Below, piece after piece: positions 55,336-59,343 of a stretch of DNA of 59,343 nucleotides. The translations under genes and the position numbers were made by a program. Source of the DNA: a virus; UHGV virus genome UHGV-1362914. One strand, 5' to 3'. The notes under the pieces were generated by a model. That model ran no database searches, had not been told where the DNA came from, and saw nothing but the letters and a program-made list of their open reading frames with translations. How positions within the stretch are numbered: position 1 is the first letter of the stretch; each line of letters begins with the position of its first letter.

Positions 55336-55535
55336 TCACACTCCAGAATATCAATGTTGGCACTAATGTTTTCTAATTCAACAATATCGTAATACTGACA
55401 GCCGATTTGTTGAACTTGTCTGATCGCAATTTGGACGTAAACGCCTTCATTGTGACCTTCCCGGATTGCTAAGTTCAAATCTGCTACAGCATCTTTGATT
55501 TTCTTAGCATGTTCTTTGGCTTCTTGTGGTGTCAT
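55332..55535 (-). CDS. hypothetical small protein
   Basis: ORF. Confidence 0.35.
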   Translation of the reverse strand: MTPQEAKEHAKKIKDAVADLNLAIREGHNEGVYVQIAIRQVQQIGCQYYDIVELENISANIDILECE

Positions 55536-55982
55536 TTAATACTCCATTAATTTTTCAAGAGTTGTTTCAATAACACCCCCTGCTTTACGGCTCCAGCGTA
55601 AATACTTTTTATCCGTCGCAATGCCATGAATCAAACCGAGATGGTGTGATTCAAATTCTGCTTCACTAATTTTATAGTGACGCCAAAGAGAATGTGGGGC
55701 GTCGCAATACCATCTAGTAACAGCCCCTTTATTTTGCTCAAATAAATATTGAAGCAAAAGATTTTCAGAAGGTGTACCGCTGTTTTCTTCTGCGAGTACA
55801 CCAAATAAAGTTGTACATCGCATACCACGACCTTCGGTTAAATCTGGAGAGTGGTTGACGCGGTAATAGCTTAAATTTCTTTTGAGGTTGCTGTAATGCG
55901 CCTCCCAATCCCTGCAATCTTTTTCTGAAGTGAATTCACGACCATCTTCTGATATAAATACAGGTTGATTGACTTGTCTCAT
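55536..55982 (-). CDS. hypothetical protein (148 aa) in deazaguanine island
   Basis: ORF immediately downstream of queE. Confidence 0.4.
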   Translation of the reverse strand: MRQVNQPVFISEDGREFTSEKDCRDWEAHYSNLKRNLSYYRVNHSPDLTEGRGMRCTTLFGVLAEENSGTPSENLLLQYLFEQNKGAVTRWYCDAPHSLWRHYKISEAEFESHHLGLIHGIATDKKYLRWSRKAGGVIETTLEKLMEY

Positions 55983-55984
55983 AT

Positions 55985-56686
55985 TTACTCCACATTGAGT
56001 AATTTGTGAATCTGAAGTTGAACTGTATAGTTATGCTTCATTGCACTATCGAGGACGGCTTTAGTATTTTTGAAGTTCTTAAATACGTCTTGTTCGTCCA
56101 TCGGCTGTAAATATATCTTACCACGGAATGACTTATGAGGTCTCGCAATATAAGGGGTGGCACGATGATCTAAAGCTTGCAGGGGTAAGCCGTCCTCCTC
56201 CCGCACGTTTCCGGCCTTCATTACATACTTAAAGGCGTTAGCGCGGTGTAGGGCGCTCGGATGCAATTTGGCGGTTTTAGGGGAACACACAACCGTAACC
56301 AACTGAGAGAGCTCCATTGGTATTTGCATAGAGCCGTTGGTTTCAATTTGTACGTCGAAATCGTTTTCGATAAGGAAGTCGCAGAAAGGGGTAATGTTCT
56401 GGCGGAAAGGTTCACCACCGGAAATTACGATTAGATTTGCATTACTTGATGTTGACATTAAACGTTCTTCAATATTCTGAAGAATTGATACGTAATTTAA
56501 TCGTTCACGGTTTTGAGTGTATTCAGTATCACAACCGGGACACTGGAGATTGCAGCCAGCTAAGCGGACAAATACAGCAGGACGACCGCAGAAAGGACCT
56601 TCGCCTTGAATAGTGCTGAAAATGGAATGTACTTCGAGAGTAGATTGATAATCTTTCTTTTCTGGGGTCTGAGAGTTCAGCTTCAT
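55985..56686 (-). CDS. queE: 7-carboxy-7-deazaguanine synthase (radical SAM)
   Basis: CNLQCPGCDT radical-SAM cluster motif. 233 aa. Confidence 0.8.
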   Translation of the reverse strand: MKLNSQTPEKKDYQSTLEVHSIFSTIQGEGPFCGRPAVFVRLAGCNLQCPGCDTEYTQNRERLNYVSILQNIEERLMSTSSNANLIVISGGEPFRQNITPFCDFLIENDFDVQIETNGSMQIPMELSQLVTVVCSPKTAKLHPSALHRANAFKYVMKAGNVREEDGLPLQALDHRATPYIARPHKSFRGKIYLQPMDEQDVFKNFKNTKAVLDSAMKHNYTVQLQIHKLLNVE

Positions 56687-56731
56687 GGTTTTTATCCCTG
56701 TTTCCTAGGCGAGTTTGCCAGATTGTAGATG

Positions 56732-56820
56732 TGGCGGATAGTATCCGATTCGAACGGATGGAGCCTTGCGACTCGTCTGGTTAGCAACCAGGTGCCTTAG
56801 ACCAACTCAGCCAACTATCC
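56732..56820 (-). tRNA. tRNA-Ser (anticodon GCU), type II with long variable arm, CCA encoded
   Basis: Hand-folded. Acceptor GGATAGT/ACTATCC; T-arm ATCCG-TTCGAAT-CGGAT; variable-arm hairpin GAGTC-GCAA-GGCTC; anticodon loop TTGCTAA. There is one A-C mismatch in the anticodon stem. Confidence 0.55.
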
Positions 56821-56822
56821 GG

Positions 56823-56910
56823 TATAGTGAGACACTCTAGAGTTCAACACCTACTCGTAGCCTCTAATCCAAAAGGGGTTATTGATTATTAACTAGAGTG
56901 TCTTACTATA
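56823..56910. repeat. 18-bp inverted repeat TATAGTGAGACACTCTAG / CTAGAGTGTCTTACTATA (1 mismatch) separated by 52 nt, abutting the tRNA
   Basis: Read directly from sequence. Confidence 0.55.
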
Positions 56911-56916
56911 CCAATT

Positions 56917-56946
56917 AAAAAGCGTCCAATTAGGACGCTTTTAATT
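56917..56946. terminator. bidirectional terminator AAAAAGCGTCC-AATTA-GGACGCTTTT
   Basis: Same GCGTCC/GGACGC arms as the 28886 terminator. A-run and T-run flanks. Confidence 0.5.
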
Positions 56947-56965
56947 TTACTCGCTAAATGCTTGA

Positions 56966-57724
56966 TTAGTCAAGCAGACCCTGCGGCAGAGGGATAGCGA
57001 CGCGACCTTCGATGCCGTTGAACTTCTTCCAGCGTGCATACTGAGTCTTAACGGTGTCGTAGTTCAGACCACGTTGCTCAGCGCCCTGGAGGACGATACT
57101 GATCGGTGCCGGTTGGCTCAGCTTGGCGGACAGTTCGTCCATCAGTGCCCAGGCATTACCGCACGCGGTATCCGGACGCGGACGGGTGATACCGTTCTGG
57201 TTCGGCATTGCATTGGCAGCTTTCGCTTCGTCTTTCAGGCGCTTCGCTTCAGCTTTTTCAGCTTCTTTCGCTGCTTTTTTGGCAGCGGCCACTTTACCTT
57301 TGACGCCTTTCAGCGCTTCGTCCAGAGCGGAGACCAGGCCTTCGGCTGAAGTTACAGCAGCGGCCAGTTCGCCCGGCTCTTTCAGTTTTTTAACAGTCGC
57401 TTTGATCAGCTTCAGCGATTCGCGAGCAGCTTTCAGAGAAGCGCCGGCGTTTTCGCCCGCAGTGTTAACCTGATCAACGGTGCTTTCTTCAGTCAGCGAT
57501 GCCAGAGAAGCGGTACCGTTATCGGTGTGACCTTTCAGGGTGGTGAATTCGGCGGTCACTTTTTCGTTGGCTTCGGCCAGCTTGTTCGCTTCGGCTTGAG
57601 CTTTTTCATCAGCTTTCTGCTGATCTTTCTGCTCTTTAGCCAGTTTCGCTTTTTCAGCGGCTTCTTTTTTCGCCTGAGCGGCTTTTTCTTTTTTCTGTTC
57701 AGGGGTCAGTTCTACGTTTTCCAT
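56966..57724 (-). CDS. Lys/Ala/Glu-rich protein with conserved C-terminal domain (paralog of 16765..17394)
   Basis: GGAG RBS before MENVELT. Low-complexity KAAKEAEKAEAK. C-terminal domain aligns with the other paralog. Confidence 0.5.
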   Translation of the reverse strand: MENVELTPEQKKEKAAQAKKEAAEKAKLAKEQKDQQKADEKAQAEANKLAEANEKVTAEFTTLKGHTDNGTASLASLTEESTVDQVNTAGENAGASLKAARESLKLIKATVKKLKEPGELAAAVTSAEGLVSALDEALKGVKGKVAAAKKAAKEAEKAEAKRLKDEAKAANAMPNQNGITRPRPDTACGNAWALMDELSAKLSQPAPISIVLQGAEQRGLNYDTVKTQYARWKKFNGIEGRVAIPLPQGLLD

Positions 57725-57783
57725 ATTGCACTCCACATGATCTGTTTAATGTTTAAGAGGGTTATACCACAAGACAGAACGAA

Positions 57784-57811
57784 ACTTAACAGAGCCGTTT
57801 AGATCGTGCAA
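57784..57811 (-). promoter_or_regulatory. sigma70-like promoter TTGCAC-16-TTAAGT for the 56966 gene
   Basis: Hexamers read on the minus strand in the 57737..57860 intergenic region. Confidence 0.35.
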
Positions 57812-57860
57812 GCTTTATTTTCGGTATTGTGGTTACTTTTAATCTCCGCTGTTTTAAGAG

Positions 57861-58340
57861 CTATTCAAAAGGGCGCTGTATAGCTGGCTTAAACACAATG
57901 GGATTCATCGTGGCTAATAGTGTAGCCGCTATTTCCGGATCATAGTCAACGGTTAAATTATCCCATAATCCTTCATCAAACGAAGGTTCGCGTTTTCCTT
58001 TTAAGAATGAACAATATCCCTGAATATCCCATTCAATAGCGTATTGAGCTTGATCGCATACTTCTTTCTGATCAAGTATATTTTCTTTACACTCATTGAT
58101 GTAATACATAAGAAGATATTCAACTTGCTCTCTTGACCATGAAGGATCAGGAGATTCCAATGTGATACCAATAAACAGCATAGTTACTTCATGATCATCC
58201 CAATCTTTGAACATACCATTTTCAAAAGGTATCGTTTCCTGACTTTCCGGGCAATTGATGATTCCCAAATTATAAAGAACCATGCAGTTAGGATGCTTCG
58301 CTATCAAATCATATGAATCACGATTAATTAAAACGAACAT
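57861..58340 (-). CDS. hypothetical protein
   Basis: ORF. Confidence 0.4.
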   Translation of the reverse strand: MFVLINRDSYDLIAKHPNCMVLYNLGIINCPESQETIPFENGMFKDWDDHEVTMLFIGITLESPDPSWSREQVEYLLMYYINECKENILDQKEVCDQAQYAIEWDIQGYCSFLKGKREPSFDEGLWDNLTVDYDPEIAATLLATMNPIVFKPAIQRPFE

Positions 58341-58349
58341 AATTTCACC

Positions 58350-59343
58350 TTAAAAAGGAACATCAAGATCTTCTTCATCAAACCCTTGCGAAGCAGGAGT
58401 TAGATCTTGATATCCGCTTGTATTGTAGTCAGTGACAACTTCATGGTTTTCCCGATCGTAAATATTCTCACTGTTAGCAGTAGCCGACACGATATTGTTG
58501 CCGCTATAGATCTGAATACCTATATCCTGTTCCATTGGCGCTAAAGTACCGAAAGCAGAACCATCATAGCAACACTTCATTATCTCCGGATACTTTCTAT
58601 TAGTGTGAACTTTGATATGTGTTGGTACTCTTAGAGTTGAGACTATATCTAAAGCATCATCAATAGAAGCAGGTAATGGTAGGTTTGTTCTATTCTTCCA
58701 CCACTTGTAAGCTTTACGCCCCGCCCAATCCCCGTGCATCAAACATACATATTCGGAGAATGTCTTGTGACCACATTGATAAGTCACTTTCAGTGTAGGC
58801 GGCTTGCTTGGATCACCTCTGTTAATGTTCTTCTGATATACGATGTTTTCTACTGCAAAGTCTTCAATAATAGGTAATGTTTCTTTTATTAGCTTCTCGC
58901 TACTAGATGCGACTTTGAGTTTTTCTTTGAACTTGAACGGAGCGCCGCAACTTCCCTCAATACCTACAGCCATATGACCTGAAATACGATAACCTTGTTT
59001 TACCAGATCTGCTACTTGGCCATAAGTATAGCCAGTAATGTCAAGATGCTCTTTACCTCCACAGAAACGCCAAGCAGGGTATTGACCATCTAACCCGCAC
59101 ACCTCACACGCTTTATAAATGCCAGGTCCTGAACCTTTTTCCCCAGGGCGCCTCGGAACAGCGGGGTCATTAATGGGGCCAAGGCGCCTGCTGTTACCGG
59201 AGAAGTCCAGCACCAAGCAATCGTGTTTCGTGCTCATCTCTATAGCCAGTAAGCGCTGCTCGCGGTCGCTAATATCGTACCCTGGCGCGTAGTCCGGGCG
59301 GGTACCTCGCCCCAGCATTTGCACCCAAAGGACGGTTGACTGA
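58350..59343 (-). CDS. SF2 DEAD/DEAH-box DNA helicase, C-terminal part (motif VI QMLGRGTR, Zn-ribbon-like Cys motifs, acidic ...DEEDLDVPF tip); continuation of 1010..1
   Basis: The frame runs without a stop from the window end: ...LRPT|QSTVLWVQMLGRGTRP. The track's GTG start is an artefact of the window edge. Confidence 0.75.
   Translation of the reverse strand, partial: QSTVLWVQMLGRGTRPDYAPGYDISDREQRLLAIEMSTKHDCLVLDFSGNSRRLGPINDPAVPRRPGEKGSGPGIYKACEVCGLDGQYPAWRFCGGKEHLDITGYTYGQVADLVKQGYRISGHMAVGIEGSCGAPFKFKEKLKVASSSEKLIKETLPIIEDFAVENIVYQKNINRGDPSKPPTLKVTYQCGHKTFSEYVCLMHGDWAGRKAYKWWKNRTNLPLPASIDDALDIVSTLRVPTHIKVHTNRKYPEIMKCCYDGSAFGTLAPMEQDIGIQIYSGNNIVSATANSENIYDRENHEVVTDYNTSGYQDLTPASQGFDEEDLDVPF

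Noticed and set aside
1-59343. CRISPR arrays, integrase/repressor lysogeny module, transposases
   Set aside because: No periodic repeat-spacer structure is present, and there is no recombinase- or repressor-like ORF. The tandem and iteron repeats seen are short and either coding or regulatory.

Overview
The 59,343-bp window looks like a complete, circularly permuted genome of a virulent siphovirus-type coliphage. It resembles the 7-deazaguanine-modifying Queuovirinae (9g- and CAjan-like), but that assignment is recalled from memory, not searched. The strongest evidence for completeness is a DEAD-box helicase gene that is split across the window ends: codons at 1..1010 continue in frame from 59343 down to 58350, so the sequence closes on itself.

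Two convergent transcription blocks are visible.

(i) A minus-strand early, replication and nucleotide block runs from 14156 leftwards through the window junction to 47323. It contains:
- a recombination module (Cas4-like exonuclease, a DUF669-like ssDNA-binding protein with a long Pro/Ala/Gln tail, and a Sak4 ATPase), followed by DNA ligase, RNase H and dUTPase;
- a PD-(D/E)XK resolvase-like nuclease, a primase-polymerase fused to an NTPase, and a DprA-like protein;
- at the far end, a family-B DNA polymerase and a clamp-like protein;
- a 7-deazaguanine DNA-modification island (dpdA, folE, queD, queE, queC, a YhhQ-like transporter and several unknown ORFs);
- one tRNA-Ser(GCU).

(ii) A plus-strand block runs 14947..46945. 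It contains:
- GC-rich and other unknown early or middle genes;
- an adjacent pair of peptidases (C39-like and HslV-like);
- a lysis region (Rz with embedded Rz1, a putative endolysin and a holin);
- TerS, TerL, portal, scaffold and major capsid protein, and an Ig-like decoration protein;
- head-tail joining proteins, a major tail protein with an Ig-like domain, and a G/GT chaperone with a -1 frameshift;
- a 1086-aa tape measure protein, distal tail proteins, an NlpC/P60 protein, a J-like tip protein, and a high-GC fiber or receptor-binding module.

No integrase, repressor or CRISPR array was seen, so the phage is presumably lytic.

Non-coding features worth a second look:
- an iteron-like array and an approximately 900-bp ORF-poor repeat region near the divergent control region;
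- a recurring oriented motif, CA(T/C)AATGTGGTTAC;
- reused terminator hairpins;
- a tRNA flanked by an 18-bp inverted repeat.

Coordinates of small features were derived by hand and may be off by a few bp.
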